Source: a virus (taxonomy: Duplodnaviria > Heunggongvirae > Uroviricota > Caudoviricetes). From it: DNA of 48,605 bases. Made by a program: the position numbers and the translations under genes. The stretch is from positions 236,098 through 284,702 of the IMG/VR virus record IMGVR_UViG_3300037400_006466; one strand, written 5' to 3'. The notes under the pieces are model-generated. The model saw only the letters and a list, made by a program, of their open reading frames with translations, was not told the origin of the DNA and ran no database searches. How positions within the stretch are numbered: the first letter of the stretch is position 1; each line of letters opens with the position of its first letter. Below, in pieces: positions 1 through 8,825 of this stretch.

Positions 1-1194
1 GGACCCGTTGTTTGACTTGGTTATTGTCTCATAGTTCCACAGATTTCTGTTATCACTGGTCAGCTTTGTGACACTATCCCATCCCTCTGATTCAACTGTC
101 ACACCACTTGTCAGAGGGGATGCCAGATAGTGCTCCACTATGGACTCCAGAGAAGCTCCGTCTCTTCCCTTAATGGTTGACTTGTATGTCCATACATTAT
201 CCACCAATGAGTATACATATCCGTTCAAGGTATTAAGATAGAAGTCACCGCTCTCCGCTCCTGGAGCTGTGGAATTGGATGGCTCCCCTTCCCCGGAGAA
301 CCATACTGAACCTTTCTGACCTGACCATATTATGGACCTCACTGTAGTGGAGACTGAGGTGTCTGACACATCACAGTCAGAAGAGGCTATCAGATAAAGC
401 TGTCCGAAAGCCCCTGTGTCTGTATTGTTTATATTGAGCCACAGTATATCCCCTGCTTTGCATGACAGGCCTTCCTCACCTGACTGTTTGCTCAACGTAT
501 AGCTGTCCCCTACGGAAATTCCCTCTACAGCCTGACTTGTAAGATTTCTGTCTCCCCAATATATGGACGATTTGTTGGCTAAAGCCCTTATGACTTTATC
601 AGCGTTGGATTTGACCTGTGACTCCAGAGCTTTGTCAGAAAAGAATGAATCATCAACCTCCTCATAAGGAACCCATTGGAGCTTTCCAGGAACATAGTCT
701 GTGCTGTCCCATACAATATCATCAGAACCCACATACTTGAGATACGTTCCCTCTTCCAGACTTCTATCTCCACCGTATCTTACTATATCATCCACAAAAT
801 AGGCTCTCTGGGGATCAAAGTCCTCAGCGTCCCATACGTTCTGAAGAATGAATCTCCAGCTCAGACTGTTGTATACCACCAAAGGAGATGACACTGTCCT
901 TAATCTGAGAAACAGGTCATAAGTCACAAGAGTTCCTGAAGGAACATCAGGGGCCAGGTAATGAACATCCTGCGCAAGTATTCTTCCTATTATGGATTCA
1001 TCTGTGCTCTGTATGGTCTCAGTTCCATAAAAGACACCTTTGTCATGAGGATAATCTCTCACATCCCTGACAAGTATGTAATCCCCTACTTGTGGAATCC
1101 TACTTCCATTAGCTATGGTGTATCTGTTCTCTTCTCCCAGTGTAGGCACTGATTCCCAGTTTATGAATGTTCCTCTGAAGTTCCTTAATTCCAT
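1..1194 (-). CDS. Phage tail fibre / host-specificity-like protein (runs off the window start; missing from the ORF track)
   Basis: Hand translation: ATG at 1194 with GGAG RBS at 1206-1209, open for 398 codons to position 1. Contains WFSGEGEPSNSTAPGAESGDFYLNTLNGYVY...W...IKGRDG and SIVEHYLASPLTSGVTVESEGW...NLWNYETI, repeat types typical of phage tail/antireceptor proteins. Confidence 0.75.
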   Translation of the reverse strand, partial: MELRNFRGTFINWESVPTLGEENRYTIANGSRIPQVGDYILVRDVRDYPHDKGVFYGTETIQSTDESIIGRILAQDVHYLAPDVPSGTLVTYDLFLRLRTVSSPLVVYNSLSWRFILQNVWDAEDFDPQRAYFVDDIVRYGGDRSLEEGTYLKYVGSDDIVWDSTDYVPGKLQWVPYEEVDDSFFSDKALESQVKSNADKVIRALANKSSIYWGDRNLTSQAVEGISVGDSYTLSKQSGEEGLSCKAGDILWLNINNTDTGAFGQLYLIASSDCDVSDTSVSTTVRSIIWSGQKGSVWFSGEGEPSNSTAPGAESGDFYLNTLNGYVYSLVDNVWTYKSTIKGRDGASLESIVEHYLASPLTSGVTVESEGWDSVTKLTSDNRNLWNYETITKSNNGS

Positions 1195-1240
1195 AAATGA
1201 TGCGTCTCCTAAGTAAAATTAGTCCTTATAGAATTTTGGC

Positions 1241-1270
1241 AAAAAAAGAACCCTCTTGAAAGAGGGTTCT
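1241..1270 (-). terminator. Rho-independent terminator
   Basis: 10-bp stem AGAACCCTCT/AGAGGGTTCT, 4-nt loop, then a T7 run on the minus strand, just after the 1290 stop. Confidence 0.8.
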
Positions 1271-1289
1271 AGTAAAGATATCAGAAGAT

Positions 1290-2819
1290 TTAACCTTGAG
1301 AAGTAGTATCCTTAACCACTTCTATTGACTCAGAAAGTACAAGATCTTTATAATGGGTTTCTGCGTCTACAGCCCATATCCAATCCTGTCCTCCTGGAGG
1401 TGTTATCAAACTACCAGTGATGGTTATTCCGGATACTGCACCAAGGGTTTCAGTTACAGTGCTTCCATTCATGGTGACATAATTGGCAGAGGTGACAGAA
1501 ATGTCATTTAATGTCTCAACATTTGCATCTGTTGTAGCACTTCCTACAATATGAATGACTTTCTCTTCATCTGTTTCCAAGTCTGTTTCAGAAATGTACT
1601 GATGGAATGTACAAGTGGTTTCAGATGTAGGAATAACACTGTTTATCTTAGCATCATTGACCTTGTACCAGTCAAGATGAATGCCTAAAAGAGCTTCTGA
1701 CACATCACCATCTGAAAGACTCTGAACACCATTAAGTGCAACAGAACTAAGATTGGTATCCAAAGGCACTGAAACAATCTCTGGAAGCTCACCAACATCA
1801 CAGACAATTGTAATGGGGTCATAATTAAATTCCCCATTATAAGGATTAAATTTAACAGTTCCTTGATATTGATTTTTGAAGTTATTGTATATTGATCCAT
1901 TCACGTGGAATACAATTGGGAAATAAATGGCTCCTACAAATTCAATATCTGGAACTTCAGTATGATTTCTCAAATAAATGTGCACTACATCGTGAGGATG
2001 ATCTTCAAGCCATTGAGCAATTTCTGCTGTAGCATCATCATCTTCTGGACTAGGAACAGAGTCATGATCACCTATCATTAAAACACTCTCTCTAGACCAC
2101 CCATCTCTGTATCCAAAGTACAGAATATTTTCTTCACCATAATCATCACCAGAAGATGCCTCTCCAACTATCTTGAAAGAAGACACAGTACTTGGAATAT
2201 AGATACGGAAATCAGTAGGATTGCTAAAAGTCCAATCGTGCCTATCAAACCAGGAGTGAATGAAATACAAAGATTTCCACTGGGTCAACCCTTCTGGCAA
2301 ACGAACTGATTTTGAAAACTGGAATCCACAGCCATCTAATCCACCTGAGTCTAGAGTATATGATTCCGTTGCATCTTCTATTGTTCTCTTTTCATAAAAA
2401 GAATGTCCATCAAGGTCATAATAATAGCCCCAGTCAGAATATGGTTCATAGTTAGGATCTGCTTGCTGTCTGGCTTTTAGCTCTGCTTCCAAAGCATCAT
2501 GCTCTGCTTCCGATGCTTGTCCATCTACAAAATACATTGTTACATTACTGTTTATATTTGTTCTTCCATCCTCAAAAGCAAGGGACTGAATCTCATGTCT
2601 ACAGGTATCTCCTACAGTAGAGGTACCTATTAAATTTAAAGATGCATTTTTTCCAATCCAAATGGATTTTGGACTACCATATACCTTAGCGTCTCCATCT
2701 GATGTAGGAATTGTTACTGCTGAACTTGTAGTAACTGGAGTGATTCCCAACTCTGCTGGTGAAAAAGTAAAAGTATTAGGATCTTTATCTGTAATACTTA
2801 TAGGATAACTAATGCTCAT
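1290..2819 (-). CDS. Putative virion adhesin/fibre-associated protein with degenerate LRR-like N-terminal domain
   Basis: 509 aa. N-terminal part is paralogous to 20959..22221 and 22224..23900 (WIGK..SLAFEDG..LPEG..IYIPSTV..NHTEVP). C-terminal ~110 aa nearly duplicates 3666..4166. Confidence 0.5.
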   Translation of the reverse strand: MSISYPISITDKDPNTFTFSPAELGITPVTTSSAVTIPTSDGDAKVYGSPKSIWIGKNASLNLIGTSTVGDTCRHEIQSLAFEDGRTNINSNVTMYFVDGQASEAEHDALEAELKARQQADPNYEPYSDWGYYYDLDGHSFYEKRTIEDATESYTLDSGGLDGCGFQFSKSVRLPEGLTQWKSLYFIHSWFDRHDWTFSNPTDFRIYIPSTVSSFKIVGEASSGDDYGEENILYFGYRDGWSRESVLMIGDHDSVPSPEDDDATAEIAQWLEDHPHDVVHIYLRNHTEVPDIEFVGAIYFPIVFHVNGSIYNNFKNQYQGTVKFNPYNGEFNYDPITIVCDVGELPEIVSVPLDTNLSSVALNGVQSLSDGDVSEALLGIHLDWYKVNDAKINSVIPTSETTCTFHQYISETDLETDEEKVIHIVGSATTDANVETLNDISVTSANYVTMNGSTVTETLGAVSGITITGSLITPPGGQDWIWAVDAETHYKDLVLSESIEVVKDTTSQG

Positions 2820-2828
2820 ATTATCTCC

Positions 2829-3644
2829 TTATTGTGCGTTATAATCTACAATTACATTACTACTATATTGTGAAGTAGGAACAATCTCTACAAAATCAAC
2901 AATCTCAGATGGAAACCTTGTTTCTGAATTCCCTGTTGCTACGTTGAGAACAAGAGGTGGCTTATTTATAAGGTCATCATATTTTCCAGTTGTTGCAACT
3001 GTTGATAACTTTGATTTCTCTGCATAATTGCTGAGTGTGCTATATGTAACAAATCCCCTATTGCCCACATATTGAGCAACCTGTCCAGCTTGAGCATAAC
3101 CTCTGGTCATAACATTCCAATTAACATAAGAAGGACTTAAAGCCTTAGAATAAGAAGAACATGATACATTTGATATAATCTTAGTACACTCAGAGTCTTC
3201 ATAAAGAATGCCACTTATATCAACATAGTCACAGTTATTTAATGAAGCTGTACTAGAGTTTATAGTCATGCTATAGATATAGTTAGAAGCAGTAATGCTA
3301 ACACGATTTGTTAGTGCTGGGTTGGTTGATTGATCTTTCTGTAAAGCATATACAAAGTATACAGTAGAGTTATATCTTTCTCCATTCTTTTTCAACTCAA
3401 ACTTTAACATTGGGTATACATTGGATGCATTACTATAATTACTGTTCCAAACTATTGAACAATATTTCAGCTCCCATTTGTCACCACCAACATTCTGCAA
3501 TGCATCATAAACCTGGTCACCTGTAACAAATCCAGTTTCGCCATCAGCTATTGAAGTTGCTGTACTTGGAACTTTTGAATTTATATACTCTTTCATCTTA
3601 CTGGTATAAGATATCAATCCTTGTTTATCAAGATATTTTTCCAT
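2829..3644 (-). CDS. Tail-fibre-like protein, KYLDxxGL N-terminal family
   Basis: 271 aa; starts MEKYLDKQGLISYTSKMKEYI; contains STVATTGKYDDLINKP, a phage fibre motif. Confidence 0.55.
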   Translation of the reverse strand: MEKYLDKQGLISYTSKMKEYINSKVPSTATSIADGETGFVTGDQVYDALQNVGGDKWELKYCSIVWNSNYSNASNVYPMLKFELKKNGERYNSTVYFVYALQKDQSTNPALTNRVSITASNYIYSMTINSSTASLNNCDYVDISGILYEDSECTKIISNVSCSSYSKALSPSYVNWNVMTRGYAQAGQVAQYVGNRGFVTYSTLSNYAEKSKLSTVATTGKYDDLINKPPLVLNVATGNSETRFPSEIVDFVEIVPTSQYSSNVIVDYNAQ

Positions 3645-3665
3645 CTATTATTCTCCTTATTAATC

Positions 3666-4166
3666 TTATCCTTGATGAGTATCCCCACCAGCATCTGCCA
3701 AGAAAGACTCTGAAATAGAAATACCTTTATAGGTGATATTCATATTAACATATTCAGCATCATCATAACTCATGTCCCCTGTAATGTTTATGCCAGATAC
3801 TGCACCAAGAGTCTCAGTTATGGTATTTCCACTCATTGTTACATAATTGGCAGAAGAGACTGTTATGATAGGATATGGTTCCTCTGTTTCTCTATCAATC
3901 TTTACATCTCCTGCAATGTGAATTATCTTGTTTTCATCAGTTTCCAAATCTGTCTCAGAAATATACTGATGGAAATCATAAGTATTTTCTGATGTAGCTT
4001 CAACACTGTTTATCTTCTCACCATTAACCTTATACCAATCAATATGAATACCAGCCATTACTTCTTTTATATCAATTTCTGAAAGTGCAGAACACTTGGA
4101 ATTAATATATTCCTTCATCTTATTGGTATAGGTAATTAAACCGTTTTTATCCAAAAACTTTTCCAT
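3666..4166 (-). CDS. Fibre-associated protein, KYLDxxGL family
   Basis: 166 aa; starts MEKFLDKNGLITYTNKMKEYI; GIHIDWYKVN...HQYISETDLETDE...SANYVTM...TETLGAVSGI module shared with 1290..2819. Confidence 0.55.
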   Translation of the reverse strand: MEKFLDKNGLITYTNKMKEYINSKCSALSEIDIKEVMAGIHIDWYKVNGEKINSVEATSENTYDFHQYISETDLETDENKIIHIAGDVKIDRETEEPYPIITVSSANYVTMSGNTITETLGAVSGINITGDMSYDDAEYVNMNITYKGISISESFLADAGGDTHQG

Positions 4167-4181
4167 ATATGTTCTCCTTCA

Positions 4182-4367
4182 TCAGCTGCCTTGAGATGCG
4201 CTTACCCAAGCATAAGATACACTTCCACTATTCACAGTTATCTGCAAAGTGTATGTTCCGTCAGTTGTAGGGGGTTCAGGAACTCTTTCCTCAACAAAGT
4301 CCTTGATATATTCCTTGGTCTTTTTTGAGTAAAGGGCCAATCCCTTCTTATCCAAAAACTTTTCCAT
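4182..4367 (-). CDS. Small fibre-associated protein, KYLDxxGL family
   Basis: 61 aa with GGAG RBS; MEKFLDKKGLALYSKKTKEYI plus C-terminal PPTTDGTYTLQITVNSGSVSYAW, a motif common at phage fibre ends. Confidence 0.6.
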   Translation of the reverse strand: MEKFLDKKGLALYSKKTKEYIKDFVEERVPEPPTTDGTYTLQITVNSGSVSYAWVSASQGS

Positions 4368-4572
4368 ATATATTCTCCTTCTAAATTTTTCTATAAAAAA
4401 GCTCTATATTAATTAGTGAAAAACGATTATACCACTCATTCTGGGAGTATTATGTGTCTATGAAGGTGATATCTATAAGAGAAATATTGACAAAAGAGCC
4501 ATGAGGGAATCGGACTTTATTTATCTTAAATGAAATTTCTTTATAGTCTTTTCAAAATATTTCTATAAAAAG

Positions 4573-4645
4573 AGCACCAGACGGGTAACGCTCCCGCTAA
4601 TAGAGGTTTTGCAGACCCCCCTGTTTTCTTATTCAGCACTGGTGC
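4573..4645 (-). tRNA. tRNA-Cys(GCA)
   Basis: Acceptor GCACCAG/CTGGTGC, U73, anticodon loop CT-GCA-AA; non-canonical T-loop AGCGTTA. Confidence 0.85.
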
Positions 4646-4647
4646 TA

Positions 4648-4735
4648 TGAGGACTAGAGGAATCGAACCACTCGTCAGCCACCTACCTTATTTCATAGAC
4701 GGATGATTTACAGTCACCTGGCAGGAATAGCCCCC
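4648..4735 (-). tRNA. Atypical D-armless tRNA-Tyr(GTA)-like gene
   Basis: Acceptor GGGGGCT/AGTCCTC, A73, anticodon arm GGTGA-CTGTAAA-TCATC, T-loop TTCGATT; only 10 nt where the D-arm belongs; 29-nt variable region. Confidence 0.7.
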
Positions 4736-4752
4736 CCCCTATAATTCAAATA

Positions 4753-4834
4753 TGGGCAGTATAGGAATCGAACCTACCGTGGTATAACCAACGCGTTTAC
4801 AGCGCGCTCCCTTGCCAACTGGGGTCACCTGCCC
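4753..4834 (-). tRNA. tRNA-Tyr(GTA)
   Basis: Full cloverleaf with class II variable arm; loop CT-GTA-AA; T-loop TTCGATT. Confidence 0.9.
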
Positions 4835-4948
4835 TAAAAAAGTAGACGCTCGCATTAACCTATTTTATATCTTCCCCGGCGTCTAGGAAGAAACCCTGTA
4901 AAGTTGGGTGTGCCACTTGTACTTGGTGGTGACGCTATTATATACTTT

Positions 4949-5020
4949 TAGCTAGGACTGGAGTCGAACCAGTGAATACAGATTTTCAGTCTGCTATGTT
5001 ACCAGCTACATTACCTAGCC
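4949..5020 (-). tRNA. tRNA-Phe(GAA)
   Basis: Acceptor GGCTAGG/CCTAGCT, loop CT-GAA-AA, T-loop TTCGACT. Confidence 0.92.
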
Positions 5021-5028
5021 ATATATTT

Positions 5029-5120
5029 CGGATGGTGCAAGATTCGAACTCGCGTGTCAGGTCTTAGCTGACAGACTGGTTTTCAAGACCAGCGGGTTAT
5101 GACCACTTCCCTAACCATCC
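5029..5120 (-). tRNA. tRNA-Ser(TGA)
   Basis: Acceptor GGATGGT/ACCATCC, G73, loop CT-TGA-AA, long variable arm. Confidence 0.92.
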
Positions 5121-5125
5121 AAGTT

Positions 5126-5209
5126 CAGAGAGTGAGGGTGCCGACCTCTCTTGTCCTTTTGGGACTCTGACCTTCCAAATCAGCGTGTTTGCCGTTCCAC
5201 CAACTCTCT
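5126..5209 (-). tRNA. tRNA-Ser(GGA)
   Basis: Acceptor AGAGAGT/ACTCTCT, G73, loop TT-GGA-AG, variable arm; non-canonical T-loop TCGGCAC. Confidence 0.8.
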
Positions 5210-5217
5210 ATTTTTTA

Positions 5218-5288
5218 CAGGAGATACCCGAGTCGAACAGGTCTCTGGAAGTTTGGAGCTTCCCAGTCTACCGATAACCTAATCTCCC
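5218..5288 (-). tRNA. tRNA-Trp(CCA)
   Basis: Acceptor GGGAGAT/ATCTCCT, G73, anticodon arm GGAAG-CTCCAAA-CTTCC. Confidence 0.92.
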
Positions 5289-5296
5289 ATTTGTAT

Positions 5297-5326
5297 AAAA
5301 AAGAACCCTTCCATTTCTGGAAGGGT
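5297..5326 (-). terminator. Attenuator terminator upstream of the UNN-tRNA operon
   Basis: ACCCTTCCA-GAAA-TGGAAGGGT followed by TCTTTTTT, ending 9 nt before tRNA-Trp; its 5' arm can instead pair with leader segment 5382-5392. Confidence 0.85.
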
Positions 5327-5352
5327 CAGAATCAAAAGGAGGAGTGTTTCTC

Positions 5353-5439
5353 TTAACTTCGATACACACCTACAAGAACTTCCCTTCCAGAAGAGCTGAA
5401 ACATGAGTAAAAGCAATAGGACCAAAAGTTCTTTTTCAT
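5353..5439 (-). CDS. Leader peptide (28 aa) MKKNFWSYCFYSCFSSSGREVLVGVYRS
   Basis: GGAG RBS 9 nt before ATG; codons 5-14 are TTT TGG TCC TAT TGC TTT TAC TCA TGT TTC; contains TTCTGGAAGGG (5382-5392), a perfect 11-nt complement of terminator arm 5315-5325. Confidence 0.85.
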   Translation of the reverse strand: MKKNFWSYCFYSCFSSSGREVLVGVYRS

Positions 5440-5490
5440 TTGTGTTTTCTCCATTAAGATTACATAATTAGTATAAGCTTCACAATACCA

Positions 5491-5519
5491 ATATTACAAA
5501 ATATTTTTGTTTTTGTCAA
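5491..5519 (-). promoter_or_regulatory. Sigma70-type promoter for leader/tRNA operon
   Basis: TTGACA-17 nt-TAATAT on the minus strand, downstream of a terminator at ~5529-5561. Confidence 0.75.
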
Positions 5520-5581
5520 TACTTATGCAAAAAAAAAAATCCACAGAAAAATCTGTGGATTATAAGGAATCTATGTCAATT

Positions 5582-6367
5582 TTATATGTCACCGAAGCAA
5601 CACATATTTTCCATCAGGGTCTTGACTCCCTGAATGACATTATCCTGCTCTTCCTTTGTCGGAAGTGGAGAAAGCTTGTACCAAGCGAGGATGGTAGGCA
5701 TCACTCTTCCGCAATTATCACCCTGGACATTAAGCTGGTAGCAACCTGGGAAGTCTTTTTTATCCACATTTTTGAGGAACTGAACTTCCTTGGCCACATC
5801 TTTTCTGGAATGACCATTGTTCAGCAGACACTTGACGTGGGCATTGATTACCTGATTGAACTCTGTATCATATCCGTTTACGATTCTCTGGTAATCATCA
5901 TCGTCCTCATCCACTCCCCAGAATCCGCCTAACATAAACTCAACACCGCCGTCCTTCTTGACTCTTGAAATGAACTCATCAAGGGAGACTCCGCCTGCCT
6001 CTGTTCCACCACCGTTATCTTCCAGGTGATAGATGTAGATTCCTATACCCTCTACATTCGGGTTATCACCTGCGCCCTCTGGTCCATAGAATGAAGCGCT
6101 GTCAAAGTATCCTGTTGCAGGAAGGTAAGGATCCTCTCCATCACAGGCATCATCGAATCCCTCTGAATAATAGCTGAATCCCTCGATTACTTCTCTCAGT
6201 CTGCTAAAGAAGTTCTGCCATTCAATGGCATATTTGCCGTTTCTCTTTTTGAGTTCATCTGCATACTTCTCAGCAGCAGGAGTGGCCTCTTCCTTGTCCC
6301 TCTGTGCCTGGAAAGCAGCAACCTCATCCCTATCCTCAAGTGGAGTTGATTCCTTGTATTTCTTCAT
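5582..6367 (-). CDS. Acidic hypothetical protein (possible internal head protein)
   Basis: 261 aa, D/E/G-rich, starts MKKYKES; no recognisable catalytic motif. Confidence 0.6.
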   Translation of the reverse strand: MKKYKESTPLEDRDEVAAFQAQRDKEEATPAAEKYADELKKRNGKYAIEWQNFFSRLREVIEGFSYYSEGFDDACDGEDPYLPATGYFDSASFYGPEGAGDNPNVEGIGIYIYHLEDNGGGTEAGGVSLDEFISRVKKDGGVEFMLGGFWGVDEDDDDYQRIVNGYDTEFNQVINAHVKCLLNNGHSRKDVAKEVQFLKNVDKKDFPGCYQLNVQGDNCGRVMPTILAWYKLSPLPTKEEQDNVIQGVKTLMENMCCFGDI

Positions 6368-6391
6368 TATTATACCTCTTTATAATATTAG

Positions 6392-7186
6392 TTATTTCAA
6401 TGTATTATTTCTACCCCAGGAATCCTTGGGGAGATTATTTTCTTCTTGTGCCAAATCAGACAGATACTTACCACCATGTTCCCTGAGATACTTGATGTTG
6501 GCTATACCCACTCTGTTCTTCAAGGGAGCATTGAGAAGCTTGTTTCCGGTCTTGTAAAGGAACTCCTCAAAATTATCAGAGGCCTCAGTTCCCTTCTCAT
6601 AGTTGACGTTGGAGTCTATGATGATGAAATTGGATGGTCCGAAATATTCCTGGAACTTACCTATGTTGGCCTGAACCATCTCCCACATCTTCCTCACCAT
6701 GTTGGGGTCAAGGCTTCTGGGTCTCATCTGATTCCTCTTGAGGGCAGTCTCCACAGTGGTGTTGACGAAGACCATTGAGGTGTCATATCCGTATGATCTA
6801 AGAGCATCGGACTGTCTCTTTATCTTCTCAAAATCCTTGCCTGTTCCGTCTATGATGAGAGGAAGCATGGAGTTTATCCAATAGGACTCCCTTGTCTCTG
6901 TGAGCTGGATTGCCCTCTGCCTTATCTCCATCTGTCTCTCATACATGGCCTCATCACTCATATCCACTATCATGGGAAGGCCAGCCTTCTTCAGACCTAT
7001 CTCAAAGAGGATGTCTGTATTGACGAGCATGGCTCCTGAGAAAGATATGTTTGACCTGTTGAATCCGAACATATTGTTGGCCACGAAGGACTTCCCTGAA
7101 CCAGGACCACCTGCCATGAATACTGCCTTGAAAAGATTCTTATCGTTTATAGATTCATTGTATCTCATTATCTCATATTCCAACAA
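6392..7186 (-). CDS. P-loop kinase, zeta-toxin/AAA_33-like
   Basis: KAVFMAGGPGSGKS Walker A, LIIDGTG Walker B, VFVNTTVETALKRN..R..R lid. True start may be MRYNES at 7168. Confidence 0.8.
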   Translation of the reverse strand: MLEYEIMRYNESINDKNLFKAVFMAGGPGSGKSFVANNMFGFNRSNISFSGAMLVNTDILFEIGLKKAGLPMIVDMSDEAMYERQMEIRQRAIQLTETRESYWINSMLPLIIDGTGKDFEKIKRQSDALRSYGYDTSMVFVNTTVETALKRNQMRPRSLDPNMVRKMWEMVQANIGKFQEYFGPSNFIIIDSNVNYEKGTEASDNFEEFLYKTGNKLLNAPLKNRVGIANIKYLREHGGKYLSDLAQEENNLPKDSWGRNNTLK

Positions 7187-7228
7187 ATAGTTAGTTGGAG
7201 ATAAAGGGACTCTATGGAGTATCCAAGT

Positions 7229-7256
7229 AAAAAAAATCCACCATTTAAGGTGGATT
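7229..7256 (-). terminator. Rho-independent terminator ending the radical SAM operon
   Basis: AATCCACC/GGTGGATT stem followed by a T run on the minus strand. Confidence 0.75.
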
Positions 7257-7259
7257 CCA

Positions 7260-7634
7260 TCAATTGTCCTTAGTGATGGGCTTCAAAAGCCCGTAGAGCT
7301 GTTGCCATTTATGATATTCTTCTCTAGATTCAAATATTCCTTCTGAACCTAAGAAAGTTGTTCCTTTGTTATGAAAATCAAAATTATTTTTTAAATAAAA
7401 ATACAAGCAATTTAATCTGAATCCACATTCAGAATATTCAATACAAGCTCTCTTAGCTAACTCTTTAAAGTCCTTTATTTGATCTAAATTGTAATTTAGT
7501 AAATTTGTTGATGCTTCTGCGCAATTGGCCACATTAAAAATCCGAGATACCATATTTTGTTCTTCTATACTAGTATATATTACAAAATTTTTGGTCATCA
7601 AGGGATAATCTTTCTTTAAATCAGCTTTTATCAT
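7260..7634 (-). CDS. CXXX-system accessory-like protein (third paralog)
   Basis: Start MIKADL overlaps the radical SAM 3' end; helical pattern (TSIEEQNMV...LKNNF) weakly resembles 10466 and 10738. Confidence 0.45.
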   Translation of the reverse strand: MIKADLKKDYPLMTKNFVIYTSIEEQNMVSRIFNVANCAEASTNLLNYNLDQIKDFKELAKRACIEYSECGFRLNCLYFYLKNNFDFHNKGTTFLGSEGIFESREEYHKWQQLYGLLKPITKDN

Positions 7635-8808
7635 TCTTTTTCCTTTGCTGTTCTTCAAAGAGTTCTCTATATTTTAGAGCCCATTTATACTGAAGTTTAG
7701 TTATCTCACAAATGTGTGTTGTCCTTATGAAATCTCCGTATTCTGCGTAGCATCCTCCGATGCAATAAGGACACCCAGACTCATATTCACAATCCAAACA
7801 TTTCTCGTCTCTTGTGCAATTAGCTCTTATAGCTCCATGGGTGACTGTAGCAAAATTCTGTCTATTATAAAATCCATTATTTATATCACCAACGCACATG
7901 ACTCCATCTGACTGCTGTGTATGAGGAAGCCACCTGAAGCAGGGATATATTCTACCATCTATACTTAAACAGGGCATACATCCAGATCCACATCTTCCTT
8001 TATTAAGGAAATCAGGGTCATCCTTAGGTTTTCCTATCCTAAAGATATTAGGGTCTATCATGGACCAATACATCTCAGAAGAATGGTCAAGAACATAATA
8101 GCAGCACTTTTCAAGCTGTTTATCCAATTCTTTATAGTCTTCTTCAGTACAACCAGTATCTTCCATAATGAAGTTCTGGCTTATATATTTAAGTCCAAGA
8201 ACCTCATGCATCCATTTCAATGAATCATAAAGATAAGGGATGGAGCTTCTGGCACAAGTGGCTTTTGTACTTAGGGAGTTCTCTGGAAACCATTTTTTAT
8301 ACCAAGGCCACCACTTAAGTATAGTGGACATAGACCCTGTACCATCAGGATATACTCTATTCATGTCATGGATTTCAGGGCATCCATCAATAGAAACTCC
8401 TAGACTTAAATAGATACTCCATTTTTCACAGAACTTCCTCACATCCTCTCTTTCAAAGAGAGTACCGTTGGAGGATATGGAGGCTCTCCATCCTTTTTTC
8501 CTGAATCTATCACTAGTAATATACTTGTAATTAACGTAATTAAGTATTTTATCCAAAAGTTCTGGATTGATTAAAGAATCACCGCCTATAAAATCTATAA
8601 TAAGACCATCTTGTAAAAATTCTTTATCTTCTATTTGAAGAACATCCTCTTCATTAAAAATTAAATCTATGAATTTATAACAAGATTCTAAATCAATAGA
8701 TTTAGGTTTCTTATTTATCTCATAGCAGTATTTGCATCTGAGGTTACAGTCCTCTGTGGTATTTATTGTGCAATTCAGGCCCTCTGCCTGAGTTCTATCC
8801 ATTATCAT
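7621..8808 (-). CDS. Radical SAM/SPASM peptide maturase, CXXX-repeat target family
   Basis: CNLRCKYC motif, DFIGGD, ISSNGTL, VSIDG..HD.NR; SPASM cysteines CGSG...IYPC...CLDCEYESGCPYCIGGC...C; adjacent to a CxxxC-repeat protein. Confidence 0.9.
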   Translation of the reverse strand: MIMDRTQAEGLNCTINTTEDCNLRCKYCYEINKKPKSIDLESCYKFIDLIFNEEDVLQIEDKEFLQDGLIIDFIGGDSLINPELLDKILNYVNYKYITSDRFRKKGWRASISSNGTLFEREDVRKFCEKWSIYLSLGVSIDGCPEIHDMNRVYPDGTGSMSTILKWWPWYKKWFPENSLSTKATCARSSIPYLYDSLKWMHEVLGLKYISQNFIMEDTGCTEEDYKELDKQLEKCCYYVLDHSSEMYWSMIDPNIFRIGKPKDDPDFLNKGRCGSGCMPCLSIDGRIYPCFRWLPHTQQSDGVMCVGDINNGFYNRQNFATVTHGAIRANCTRDEKCLDCEYESGCPYCIGGCYAEYGDFIRTTHICEITKLQYKWALKYRELFEEQQRKKNDKS

Positions 8809-8825
8809 TTTTTTAATTATCTCAC

